From the IMG/VR virus record IMGVR_UViG_3300033074_001927, positions 1 to 64,000 of that record: a DNA stretch of 64,000 bases. One strand, written 5' to 3'. The stretch comes from a virus (Duplodnaviria; Caudoviricetes). Each line of letters begins with the position of its first letter. Position 1 is the stretch's first letter. The notes under the pieces were generated by a model. It was not told where the DNA came from. It made no database searches and worked only from the letters and a program-made list of their open reading frames with translations. The translations under genes and the position numbers were made by a program. Of the stretch, positions 44,495-53,949 are shown piece by piece.

Positions 44495-46367
44495 CTAGTC
44501 CATTCCTCTTATTAAAGTCTTTTTCAATCAAGGCTAGCACGTCAAGAGTCTTAAGACCAAGAACGTCGGCTTTCAGGTATCCCATCTTGTCCATCGTGTT
44601 GCCATCCCATTCAGTAATCAATTCTTTTTTCTTTGCATCCCATCTAAGTGGTACCGATCCTGTAGAGAAGTCTTCATCGCTTATAATTATGCCGGCAGCA
44701 TGTTTTCCAGAGCTTTTTGGACATCCTTCTAGCTTTTTCGCTATACTGAACAGATCTGGATTTTTGTTTTCATATTCCTTTAGTTTTTCACTTCTATCTA
44801 CGGCATCCTGTAGATTCTTTGGCTTATCTGGAACTAGCCGAGTCATTACGTTGGCGTCTGCGTGTGGCATACCTCTCTTTCCAAGAACCTTTGATGTATC
44901 CTTAAGTGCAGCCTTTGGTTTTAGGCCATTAAACGTGACCATTTGCGCAACTCTGTTTTCACCAAACCTTCTTTTTATATATGCAACAACCTCATCTCGC
45001 CTATCCATAGAAAAATCCATGTCTATGTCGGCCAAAGATCCAGCACGACCAACATTGTAGAATCTTTCCCAAATTAGTCCATACTTCATTGGATCTATTT
45101 TTGTTATGCCTAAGCAGTAAGAAACAAGACTTCCGGCAGCACTGCCACGACCAGGACCAGACGGTATCCCCTTTGATTTTGCCCAAGCAACAATATCCCA
45201 TACTATGAGGAAGTAATCTGCAAGTCTAGCAAACTTTATGTCACCGAGCTCTTTCGCTATTCTTTCCCTGTGTTCTGCTGGTGCGTCAAACACGTCTATT
45301 CCATAGATTTTCTTATATCCATCATGGACTAGTTGAACTAAATAATTAAACGAAGTAAGATCCTCTACTGTTCCTTCTGCCTGCTCTTGATGGTGTGTAC
45401 AAGAATCTTTTGTTGCACATCCAAGACTATATTCTGGAACAAATTCATACTTCGGCAAATGCATTTTATTTTCTATCTTAACGTCTCCTATGCGATCGGC
45501 GATTTCTAGTGTAATATCTAGTTCTTGCTCAGTAAGAGTTGTCTTTCTCTTCTCTCCACCTTCTGTTGTAAGCTCCTCTTTGAGGATGTGCTCAAAATCC
45601 TTCAACCAATATTCTCTTGTTGAATAGTATGGTCTAAATTCCTTACCTTTCCCATATCCTATTGGCGTATCAAGACTGTGTTTTGTTCTAATTGCCCACA
45701 ATGCTTCATGAGCTACGACGTCGTTTCTATCTATGTAATGAGCATCCTGACATCCCACGACCTTTATGTCTAACGATTTACCTAGCGCCCTCATTGCAGA
45801 ATTGATCCCTGGCTGTATGTTTAGCCCGCCATCCTGGGTTTCAAGATACAGCCTATCTCCAAATATAGATTGGAGTATTTTAGCATGCCTTGCCGCTTCG
45901 TCATATTTCTCTATTGAGAGATTATATGGAACAATGCCCTTAAGGCATGCCGTCAAGCAAATAAGTCCATTGCCATGCTCTTTAAGATCGTTATAATCTA
46001 TTCGAGGATTGAAATAGAATTTTTCATTTGCCTTTGTGTTAAGAAGCTTTATGTTGGTCCATCCCTCATCATTCATTGCCATCAGTATTAGGTGGTATGG
46101 ATTACGTTTTTCTTCTCCTGCGGCCGCCAATCTTTTGTGCTCTGCAGCATCTGGAACCATATAAAATTCAGAAGCAAGTATTGGCTTAATCCCCTTCTTT
46201 TTGCAAGCGTTGTAAAATTCAGGAACCCCAGCTATTGTTCCATGATCTGTTAATGCAGCCGCCTTGTGACCATATTGAGAAAGTCTGTCAACTATCTCAT
46301 CTATTTTTGACACGGCATCAAGTATAGAAAAGCTTGAATGCATATGTAGGTGCGCCATTTTACTCAT
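44481..46367 (-). CDS. dnaE: DNA polymerase III alpha subunit, N-terminal part (PHP plus palm/thumb)
   Basis: HLHMHSSFSILD, TDHG, HLILMA, DAHY, GPGRGSAAGSLV.Y.LGIT.IDP, ADIDMDF, HAAG, LKADVLGL. Confidence 0.96.
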   Translation of the reverse strand: MSKMAHLHMHSSFSILDAVSKIDEIVDRLSQYGHKAAALTDHGTIAGVPEFYNACKKKGIKPILASEFYMVPDAAEHKRLAAAGEEKRNPYHLILMAMNDEGWTNIKLLNTKANEKFYFNPRIDYNDLKEHGNGLICLTACLKGIVPYNLSIEKYDEAARHAKILQSIFGDRLYLETQDGGLNIQPGINSAMRALGKSLDIKVVGCQDAHYIDRNDVVAHEALWAIRTKHSLDTPIGYGKGKEFRPYYSTREYWLKDFEHILKEELTTEGGEKRKTTLTEQELDITLEIADRIGDVKIENKMHLPKYEFVPEYSLGCATKDSCTHHQEQAEGTVEDLTSFNYLVQLVHDGYKKIYGIDVFDAPAEHRERIAKELGDIKFARLADYFLIVWDIVAWAKSKGIPSGPGRGSAAGSLVSYCLGITKIDPMKYGLIWERFYNVGRAGSLADIDMDFSMDRRDEVVAYIKRRFGENRVAQMVTFNGLKPKAALKDTSKVLGKRGMPHADANVMTRLVPDKPKNLQDAVDRSEKLKEYENKNPDLFSIAKKLEGCPKSSGKHAAGIIISDEDFSTGSVPLRWDAKKKELITEWDGNTMDKMGYLKADVLGLKTLDVLALIEKDFNKRNGLDEQE

Positions 46368-47286
46368 TTTCTTCTATCGCCTTTTCTTCTGCAGTTACTG
46401 GCGGCGGCATAATAAACCTGCCACCATCATCTACGTAATTGTTCCTAATTTTGCCACACTCTTCATATCCTACGCAAAATCTACATAGCCAACTTTTATT
46501 CCTTGACGGATTCGTGTCCTCTAGTATTTTTTTGTAAGCTCTAATTAAAAATTCTCTAGTGTCTGCGTCTTGCTTTGGCCCAAACGCAACTGAAACTGGA
46601 GAGTATTTTAGATAATCAAGTGTCATGATAGCATATTTGTATTGAGGAAATATTGACTTAACTATAAGACTATATATCCTCATTTGCAAATCTACTTTTG
46701 CTTCATCCTCGTTTTTGCTTCGACCAGTCTTGTAATCTATTACTTCGACAGTCTCTTCATCTATTTCAATAATTAGATCTATAAATCCAACAGCCTTAAA
46801 TCCTTCTATTTCAAAATCAAATGGAACCTCTGCTCCAACAATTTTTTTACTAAGCGGACTGTCTTCTCTATATATGGCATACTTGACAAGCTTAAGGTCT
46901 TCTTCAAAATTTGGCCTTGGACATCCATCAAATGACTTTATATCTCTTTTTGCTATAGAGCATATTGTTTCTTTGCCGGCACTTACGGCCCATTTACATC
47001 CATTGCAGCTCTTTTCTACAGGATGTATGTATCCGGCCTTTCTATCGTCGGCTTCCCAAACCTTGTTATCTGCGTAAAAGTCCTTAAGAACACTCTCGTA
47101 GTCTTCTCCACCTACATGCTTTTCTAAAGCCTCATGCACAGCCGATCCCTTAAGGGCGCTTATTCCGCTCTTATTTAGCTCTGGCAGTTTTAGGTGGTAT
47201 TGCAAAAAATACTTAAATGGACATGCTATATAGGTATTAAGTCTTGATGCACTTAAATAACTTATTTTCATTTCATACTCTTCCAC
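46360..47286 (-). CDS. PD-(D/E)XK nuclease, Cas4/AddB-like
   Basis: LSASRL..Y..CP..Y, G.AVH..LE, GFIDL, VIDYKTG, LQM.IY, C..C.....C. Confidence 0.88.
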   Translation of the reverse strand: MEEYEMKISYLSASRLNTYIACPFKYFLQYHLKLPELNKSGISALKGSAVHEALEKHVGGEDYESVLKDFYADNKVWEADDRKAGYIHPVEKSCNGCKWAVSAGKETICSIAKRDIKSFDGCPRPNFEEDLKLVKYAIYREDSPLSKKIVGAEVPFDFEIEGFKAVGFIDLIIEIDEETVEVIDYKTGRSKNEDEAKVDLQMRIYSLIVKSIFPQYKYAIMTLDYLKYSPVSVAFGPKQDADTREFLIRAYKKILEDTNPSRNKSWLCRFCVGYEECGKIRNNYVDDGGRFIMPPPVTAEEKAIEENE

Positions 47287-48188
47287 GGAACAGGTAGCGA
47301 GAGTATGGCAAGTTTTGCCTCAAGCTCTTCTCGCTCTCTATTTCTTTTAAGGTTGCCATTCTTGTCTCTTTGCAGCCAGCCAAAGTCTGTTGCCAAATTT
47401 ATTGCGCCGGTCCCAGTAACGCCTATTGCGGCTATTATTTGGGCCTCCAGCCTAGATAGTGAAATGGAATCTAGCCTATAATCCTTAAAGGCATCCCAAG
47501 TCATTGGCACCCAATGCGCAACGATCTTTTCTCCTATCGTTGTTGCATAGTCCCTAATTTCCTGTTGTGCATGCGGATCCATCCTAAGTCTTAGGAAATG
47601 CAGCAAGTTGTGGAGATCAATCTTCCAGTACGCTTCGGTATAAGTAGACAGCGGCAAAATCTTTCTGGCCTGCTCTCTAGCTATGCCAAGTTCTAGCATT
47701 TTCTTGTATATGTCATGCGTTTTTTGATTGTGCACGGCCTCTGCAAGACTTATGTCCTCTCCCGTATCTGTATCAAGATAACCATCACTTCCTTGCTTAT
47801 TGTCTTTTGCCTGCAGTCTCCATTCTGATGGTCCAGTTATTTGCCACGACTCATCTACAACAGAATATCTGGTGCTGACTTCGTTTATTTTTGCTGTGCG
47901 ATGCCTTACCCACTGCCTCCAGCAGTCCATAGGAGCCCTTATATGCAACTTAATGCTGCACATTTCTAACGGAGACGTATGATAATTTCTTACGAGATAT
48001 CTTATCAATGACTTGTCTTCACTAACCTTTTTGGTTCCACCACCATACGAAACCCTTGCGGCCTGGACGATAGAAGAGTCGCTTCCCATATAGTCAACAA
48101 CCCTAACAAAGCCATCATCTAATACCTTAAATTTTTCTCCAATAATAGAATCTAGGAATGTGCTTTTAAATCTTTCTAATTCTGACAT
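47268..48188 (-). CDS. thyX: FAD-dependent thymidylate synthase
   Basis: AARVSY, HTSPLE, RQWVRHRTAKINEVSTRY, REQAR..LP, NLLHFL.LR...HAQ.EIR. Confidence 0.96.
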   Translation of the reverse strand: MSELERFKSTFLDSIIGEKFKVLDDGFVRVVDYMGSDSSIVQAARVSYGGGTKKVSEDKSLIRYLVRNYHTSPLEMCSIKLHIRAPMDCWRQWVRHRTAKINEVSTRYSVVDESWQITGPSEWRLQAKDNKQGSDGYLDTDTGEDISLAEAVHNQKTHDIYKKMLELGIAREQARKILPLSTYTEAYWKIDLHNLLHFLRLRMDPHAQQEIRDYATTIGEKIVAHWVPMTWDAFKDYRLDSISLSRLEAQIIAAIGVTGTGAINLATDFGWLQRDKNGNLKRNREREELEAKLAILSLPVPWKSMK

Positions 48189-48607
48189 TATACCTTCTTT
48201 CTAAAAGAAAGCCAATTTTCTTGAGATCCATCATAGTCGGGACAAAGATCGTTCATTGCCGCTGGCAACTTGTTGTTCGCCATCATCTCTTCATAATGAA
48301 CGATAAACATCGCATTGCACAAGATTGCTGCAAGATGATCTTCCGTTCTGTCTCCACCCAGATACATAAATGAATGCCTAAGAAGACTGTCAAAAGTCCT
48401 TCCAATAGGCATGCCTTTTTTCCAGTTATGGGCATCATATTTTAGCGCACCCTTTTCTAGATGTAGCGCTAGTCTCCTCATTGCTATTGGGCTTATAAGA
48501 TCATAGCGACCCTTTCCGTCCTGCACATCTCTAACAGCGCCAGTTTCAAACTGATCTCTTTTCCCGCTATCTTTCAATGGTTTACTGTCTATAGAATTAG
48601 AATCCAT
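48188..48607 (-). CDS. dATP/dGTP diphosphohydrolase-domain protein (DUF5664-like)
   Basis: F.TGAVRD...GKGRYDL, GA.KY..HNWKKG, S..RH, EDHLAA...N. Confidence 0.85.
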   Translation of the reverse strand: MDSNSIDSKPLKDSGKRDQFETGAVRDVQDGKGRYDLISPIAMRRLALHLEKGALKYDAHNWKKGMPIGRTFDSLLRHSFMYLGGDRTEDHLAAILCNAMFIVHYEEMMANNKLPAAMNDLCPDYDGSQENWLSFRKKV

Positions 48608-49148
48608 TACATTCTCCCAGGTGTTTTACTCTTAAATAATCTCCACGAACATGTCTATTGTATTTCCAATCTATCATGATGAGTGGGCATCTTGTATTAA
48701 GCAACACGTCCTCAGCGACGTACGGAGAGTCATCTATATGATAGATAGGCCTTATTATATTTAGGTGCTTACTCTTTTTTGTTGACGTAAATATAAGTGT
48801 AGGATTTTCAAAACCAGCCAATTCTAGTGCGTCTATACTTTGAGCGTATGCTTCTAATGGTCTTTTCGACAAAAAGATTAGGTTGTATTTTTCTGACAAA
48901 GACCTTAATACTTTTACATTTTTTTTCATTACCGGCGTATCTCTATATTTTTCTGCTTTAGTATACGCATCAAACTCTATTTCAAACATATCTTTTGATA
49001 AGATGTCTGGGTATTGTTTCCACCAGTAATACTCTTCTATTTTTAGGTAATCCAATCCAAGATCATACGCAATATTTAAATGATCACAAAAATGTGAAAC
49101 AAAATCAAACATAACTCCGTCGAGATCGACCGAAATACTCTTTCTCAT
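48597..49148 (-). CDS. HAD-family 5'(3')-deoxyribonucleotidase-like protein
   Basis: VDLDGV, HIDDSP, YNR. Confidence 0.82.
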   Translation of the reverse strand: MRKSISVDLDGVMFDFVSHFCDHLNIAYDLGLDYLKIEEYYWWKQYPDILSKDMFEIEFDAYTKAEKYRDTPVMKKNVKVLRSLSEKYNLIFLSKRPLEAYAQSIDALELAGFENPTLIFTSTKKSKHLNIIRPIYHIDDSPYVAEDVLLNTRCPLIMIDWKYNRHVRGDYLRVKHLGECNGF

Positions 49149-50134
49149 TATGCACCGCCAAACGCAGATAGAATAAGCTCTTTGCTCGCATCTCCTACAT
49201 CTTTTACGCCTTCGACATTTACGGTTTTTACTCTAAAAAACGAAGAAAGTAAAGATTTTGCCTTTTCAGCTCCAGTCTTTCCGGCTATATCGTTGTCTAG
49301 TGACAACACAACGTCTGTTGCGCACGCAGTCATTAGTATAGTTACCTGTCTATTTGACAGCTCCCTGCCCATTAAGGCTACACTATTATGAATGCCTGCC
49401 TCTTCAAGCCTTAAAACATCAAATGGCCCTTCTACCAGAATTGCAGTTCCACTATCTTGAATGTAAGATGATGCTCTATCTATATTAAATAGATTTTGAG
49501 ATTTCACAAACCCCTTGCTGTGTTCCCATTTGCTTACGCCCCTTTCCTTCCAATCTTCAAAAAGCGTTCTTCCAGAGAACCCAACTAAGCACCCTTCTAT
49601 ATTCCTTATAGGAATAATTAGCCTATTTGACATTTTGCCATATTTTGAATTTGATACGCCTATCTGATAGTCTTCAACTATTTTGCGACTAAAACCTCTA
49701 GTCTCGAGGTATGGGTGATACACAAGTCTGTCCAGCAAGCTCTCATCATATGTAACCGGCTCGCGCTCTTGTTTACTAAGCCACTTCTTGTTCTCTTCAA
49801 CAGATATGGAAGTTTTTGTCACTACTATGTTTTTGCGACTTAATATTTTTTCTACGACACCTACCGCAGTCAGAAAGTCGCATTTTCTGACTCCTCTGAC
49901 AAGACCAAACACATCTATGCCCCACTTATCCTGACAGCTTTTCGTAAAGCACCTGTAGATACCCATCTGAAGGTGCCAGCTAAATGCTCCGTCGTTATTC
50001 CCATCGTGTATTGGGCACCTTCCAACAATATATTGGTATCTTTCACTATACTGTATGTCTAGTGCTTCCAAAATAAGACATATGTTTTCGTTTGCTGTGG
50101 ATTTTATGGCGGCTATTTGTATTTTGGTATACAT
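49148..50134 (-). CDS. dnaG: DnaG-type DNA primase
   Basis: CPIH..C...C zinc finger, YL..RG, RLIIPI, GFSGR, LVEGPFD, LDND.AG. Confidence 0.92.
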   Translation of the reverse strand: MYTKIQIAAIKSTANENICLILEALDIQYSERYQYIVGRCPIHDGNNDGAFSWHLQMGIYRCFTKSCQDKWGIDVFGLVRGVRKCDFLTAVGVVEKILSRKNIVVTKTSISVEENKKWLSKQEREPVTYDESLLDRLVYHPYLETRGFSRKIVEDYQIGVSNSKYGKMSNRLIIPIRNIEGCLVGFSGRTLFEDWKERGVSKWEHSKGFVKSQNLFNIDRASSYIQDSGTAILVEGPFDVLRLEEAGIHNSVALMGRELSNRQVTILMTACATDVVLSLDNDIAGKTGAEKAKSLLSSFFRVKTVNVEGVKDVGDASKELILSAFGGA

Positions 50135-51558
50135 TAGAACTCTTCTTCCTTCACGCTTGAGAACTTCTTGAGTTCAACATCCACCTTCTTTTTTATTTGC
50201 GAGACAACGCTTTGCGTCTCACTATTCTTTTTATCTTCTTTGAACTGTCCACAAGACTTATCAAAGTGCACATTTATCCATTCGCCAAAATCATGACCAG
50301 GCCCATTTCTCGAATAGGTAACCTCCATTGCGTGGCTTCCTCTGGCCTGACCATCAGTCTCTATTTCTTCTGGTTTTTTTGGCCTTAGTATCGTAACAGA
50401 ATCAACGTTGTGGACTATTCTGTCTATACCAACCTCTTCTTGCTTATTTAACTGGCCCAAGGCTATTATAGGAACATTAAGTCCTGCAGCACAATCATGT
50501 AGCCCGCTTAGTAAGAGTCCTATAAGCTGATACTCTTGCATATTTTTTCCAAGGTCATTTGATGACATTAGCTTAATGTAGTCATATATTACTAAGCACT
50601 TTGGATCATCTCCAATAAGTGGTCCACCAAAATTTTTGTATACAAACTTTCTTATTGTTGGAATAACATAAGACAATGGGCGACCAGCTATGTTTTTGTA
50701 GTAAAGAGGTGCGTCTTTAACTAGATCAAATGCACGATATATTTTATCGACCATCGATCTGTTGCCCTTCCACTGCCCAGACTCAATTATGTTGTATGGA
50801 ATTCCACTTATGATTCCGCACAACCTCATCTGCTGCTGCCTAGCCTGTAGTTCTGTATCTAGATACAATACTGGCTTTTTCTGCTCTATTGCTGCCTTAA
50901 ATGCAGCCCACATAGAAAATTGAGACTTTCCAACTTTTGATCTTGCAAATAGTCCTGTTATAGCCCCATTCCTTATGTGACCAATATCTTCTTGCCAGCG
51001 AGGAAATCCAACATCTATGCCTATCTGTCCATCTCTGTCTGCATAGAAATTTACAGTATCTTCAAATCCATTTGACAGCAAGTCTATGTCGTCTGCGCTG
51101 CCGTCAATAGACTTTAGACAATCTAGTATGGAAGTCTCTACCATCGACCTGAGTTCTATAGAAGGACCAACATATTCATCTATATCCTGCTTTAGATCAT
51201 CACACTTATTTATTAGCGCACGTTTAATTGACGCCTGTTTTACGTCTGCAACATACCTTTTTAGGTTAGATGGATTTGTTGACATCTTACAGATAGCGAA
51301 AACAAGTTCTCCACCAATCGTCTGTGTAAGAAAGTCTGATAAGCCCTTTGCTTCTGCTGTTGACAGAATTAGATACGGGTCTATTGACGTCTTTCCAAGA
51401 CCTGGTGCCAGATCCTTCACTATAGTAAAGATCATTGATGATCCTGTGTTTGAAAAATCTGCCTCGCTAATTATATCATTGATCTCAAAAAGTTTTTCTG
51501 GATCTTTGATTATAATAGAAAGAATGGCGCGCTCAGCACCATGAGCCTCAGTTGACAT
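50134..51558 (-). CDS. dnaB: DnaB-type replicative helicase
   Basis: AERAIL, ARSKVGKS Walker A, LYLDTE, IYDYIKL, QLN, SRNGP. Confidence 0.92.
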   Translation of the reverse strand: MSTEAHGAERAILSIIIKDPEKLFEINDIISEADFSNTGSSMIFTIVKDLAPGLGKTSIDPYLILSTAEAKGLSDFLTQTIGGELVFAICKMSTNPSNLKRYVADVKQASIKRALINKCDDLKQDIDEYVGPSIELRSMVETSILDCLKSIDGSADDIDLLSNGFEDTVNFYADRDGQIGIDVGFPRWQEDIGHIRNGAITGLFARSKVGKSQFSMWAAFKAAIEQKKPVLYLDTELQARQQQMRLCGIISGIPYNIIESGQWKGNRSMVDKIYRAFDLVKDAPLYYKNIAGRPLSYVIPTIRKFVYKNFGGPLIGDDPKCLVIYDYIKLMSSNDLGKNMQEYQLIGLLLSGLHDCAAGLNVPIIALGQLNKQEEVGIDRIVHNVDSVTILRPKKPEEIETDGQARGSHAMEVTYSRNGPGHDFGEWINVHFDKSCGQFKEDKKNSETQSVVSQIKKKVDVELKKFSSVKEEEF

Positions 51559-52003
51559 ATTTATCTCTACTCCTTCTATCTGCCATTCTTTTCAATGTAT
51601 CTATTTTAAGCCAGACGCCCTCGCATATCGGCTCTAGCATGTCTTTTTTCGCCCTCTCTTTCGCAATTGTGTCCTCCATCTTTGCATATTCTATATTAGA
51701 GGCTAGCACCAATGCTTTCTTTTCTTGTACATACCCTGTCTTTATTTTATGTGACTCGAAAGCTACAACTCTTTGCAAAGAAGTGTCTATGTAGTTTATC
51801 CTACTATTAAGTTGGCCAAGCTGGTATTTAAGGTACAGATAGTAGGAAGATAGTATTAATATCTGTCTATCTAGTTCACGCGGGCCCATAGAGTCAATTT
51901 CTGCCGGCGTAGCCTCTAGCGCATCGATAAGTTCATCTTCATCTCCCCTGCTTATTCTATCTATACAAACCGATGCCTTCCAGCTTTCTATTTCTTCTTT
52001 CAT
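51548..52003 (-). CDS. Helical protein, possible UvsY-like recombination mediator
   Basis: All-helical coiled-coil pattern, between recA-linked nuclease and helicase; function inferred from context. Confidence 0.45.
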   Translation of the reverse strand: MKEEIESWKASVCIDRISRGDEDELIDALEATPAEIDSMGPRELDRQILILSSYYLYLKYQLGQLNSRINYIDTSLQRVVAFESHKIKTGYVQEKKALVLASNIEYAKMEDTIAKERAKKDMLEPICEGVWLKIDTLKRMADRRSRDKYVN

Positions 52004-52425
52004 TGCGCGCTACTCCGCTTGACGCTATTTCTTATACTCATCAACTGGTCTACTACGTTCTTTTCGTCGTACCGTATGATGTTGTATTGAATGTTATTTA
52101 AGTCGCACCACAACTTCTTTTTATTATCTCTTGCTTGAGACATTTTAAAATCTGCGGCATCTTTGTGAAAGAAGCTGCTATAGCCATAGTGTTGCTGGCC
52201 ATGAACCTCTATTGCAATCATCAGTCTTGGCAAGAAAAAGTCTATGTATAAGTTGTCTATAGGTATATAGAATTCTTCAAGAACAATCTCGTTAACAAAA
52301 ACAAGTCCTATAGCCTTTGAAACAGCCTCCTGCAAAAAGCTTTTGTGTTTTCCATCATCTTTTTTATTTTTAGACGGTCGCAGGTTTATAGAATAGGTCT
52401 TTCCTGTAGTCGACACAAACTTCAT
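52000..52425 (-). CDS. DUF559/Vsr-like endonuclease
   Basis: EEF, LYIDFFLP..IAIEVHGQQHY, RD..K..WC..N.I. Confidence 0.78.
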   Translation of the reverse strand: MKFVSTTGKTYSINLRPSKNKKDDGKHKSFLQEAVSKAIGLVFVNEIVLEEFYIPIDNLYIDFFLPRLMIAIEVHGQQHYGYSSFFHKDAADFKMSQARDNKKKLWCDLNNIQYNIIRYDEKNVVDQLMSIRNSVKRSSAQ

Positions 52426-53435
52426 TATATCAGTTCTTTTATCATGCCATTTATGATGGCCCTAAATTCTGCATCTTCTTTTAGCATTTTTACCAATTCT
52501 GCTTCCCTAAACTTTTTATCTCCACCAGGAATTGTATACCATCCGCCGCTATAAGATCCTATAACGCCAACATCAACGGCGAATTCCAACAAATCTAGAT
52601 CTTCGTCTATACCCTTCCCATATACTAGCGGGAATTCTATAGTGACAAATGGTCTATTAACATTGTTTTTTACAACTGTAGCCTTTACCTTCTGGCCATA
52701 CTGCTCTCCTGTTTTTGTGTCTTTCATAGCTCCAGCAGCCAAAGTTTTTAGCTCTATTCTTTGCGCTGCTCTATTTTTAATAGCGTTGCCTCCATGAGTA
52801 GTCGTAGCGCCACCATACGGATTCATTGTAGCCGTGAGATGATTCAAGAAAATAGTCACGCATTTGTTTCTAGAATTTATTCCAGTAAGTTTTCTAACAA
52901 GCTTGTGACACAATCTTGCAACCTCTCCCATACCACTTCTATTGAAGCCCTCAGCATCTTCTGCCTCCGGAAGAAGACCTCCAACAGAGTCAAGTATTAT
53001 AACACATCCAGGACATGATATCATTATGTCATGCATTATGTTTAGAGCCTCTTCTCCATTGTCTGGAAAAATAAGAGTTATTTTACTCTTGTCAAGGCCA
53101 CTAATCATATTCAACTGAGATTCTCTTAGCTTATACTCAAGATCTAAATAAAACACCCTCTTGCCCATCTTAATTGCATGCTTAGCAACATTTAGTGCGA
53201 GTGTTGTTTTGCCAGCCGTTTGCGGCCCATATATTTCTACCATAGAGCCTTCTAAGAAGGGCCTATTAAGGGCCCAATCCAACTTTACCGAACCGGTGGA
53301 TATGGACAAGAGGTCGTCATCCTTAAAATCTGTCCCCTCTTTTACTTTGACTCCCCACTGCTTCTTAAACGCCTCTATATCAAACTCAACAGATGGTTCT
53401 GGTGCGGCGCTGTCTTCTTTTTTTCTTCTACCCAT
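52425..53435 (-). CDS. recA: RecA/UvsX recombinase
   Basis: ISTGS..LD.AL, VEIYGP..AGKTT, YLDLE, ILDSV, VARL, IFLNH, GGNA, VVKN. Confidence 0.94.
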   Translation of the reverse strand: MGRRKKEDSAAPEPSVEFDIEAFKKQWGVKVKEGTDFKDDDLLSISTGSVKLDWALNRPFLEGSMVEIYGPQTAGKTTLALNVAKHAIKMGKRVFYLDLEYKLRESQLNMISGLDKSKITLIFPDNGEEALNIMHDIMISCPGCVIILDSVGGLLPEAEDAEGFNRSGMGEVARLCHKLVRKLTGINSRNKCVTIFLNHLTATMNPYGGATTTHGGNAIKNRAAQRIELKTLAAGAMKDTKTGEQYGQKVKATVVKNNVNRPFVTIEFPLVYGKGIDEDLDLLEFAVDVGVIGSYSGGWYTIPGGDKKFREAELVKMLKEDAEFRAIINGMIKELI

Positions 53436-53871
53436 CTAATTTTTCCATTTCGTTTAATTTTAAAAAAAGACTTTGTCTTGGCGAAACATTATTTTCCCGA
53501 TGTCTAAAATCTCCGTCAGCAATCGGAGGCTTAAAGGTGGCAGGGCTGTCATCTTTCGGAGACATTATTCGATTTAATCGCTCAACTGCTTTTTGAAGTT
53601 TTACCTCAACATCTCCATAGGAAGTAAATGTCTGAATGTCTTTGTTTGCCACAACAACAAATTTTACAACATCTTCACCATATCTCTTAATAAACGTAGA
53701 TACGGCCTTCAGCTCATTTACAAACTGCCATTTAAATTTCTGAACTTTCCAAAATGCCTCTGGTAAGCGCCCCTTGTGCTTCCTGTACATTACCAGCTCT
53801 GCAAGCCATTGACGAACAGGTAGGAAAGAGTTTGGTGTCGTCGCTGACGGAAGTTTATTCTGCTTAGCCAA
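53428..53871 (-). CDS. Hypothetical protein (first gene of replication block)
   Basis: TTG start with GGAG SD; overlaps recA start. Confidence 0.7.
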   Translation of the reverse strand: MAKQNKLPSATTPNSFLPVRQWLAELVMYRKHKGRLPEAFWKVQKFKWQFVNELKAVSTFIKRYGEDVVKFVVVANKDIQTFTSYGDVEVKLQKAVERLNRIMSPKDDSPATFKPPIADGDFRHRENNVSPRQSLFLKLNEMEKLDG

Positions 53872-53949
53872 TATTTAACGCTCCATCCGGTACTACCGTT
53901 TTCATATACATCTCCTGTATACTACTGCTGTGTACCTGTACATTAGGGG

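Noticed and set aside
41304-46367. Split intein or intron rejoining dnaE
   Set aside because: No intein terminal motifs at either end; intervening DNA is filled by ordinary coupled genes
46360-47286. CRISPR-Cas locus
   Set aside because: Solo Cas4-like nuclease; no repeat-spacer array or other cas genes seen
48188-48607. 2-aminoadenine (Z) or 7-deazaguanine genome
   Set aside because: No purZ, dpdA or que genes in the window; the diphosphohydrolase alone is not diagnostic
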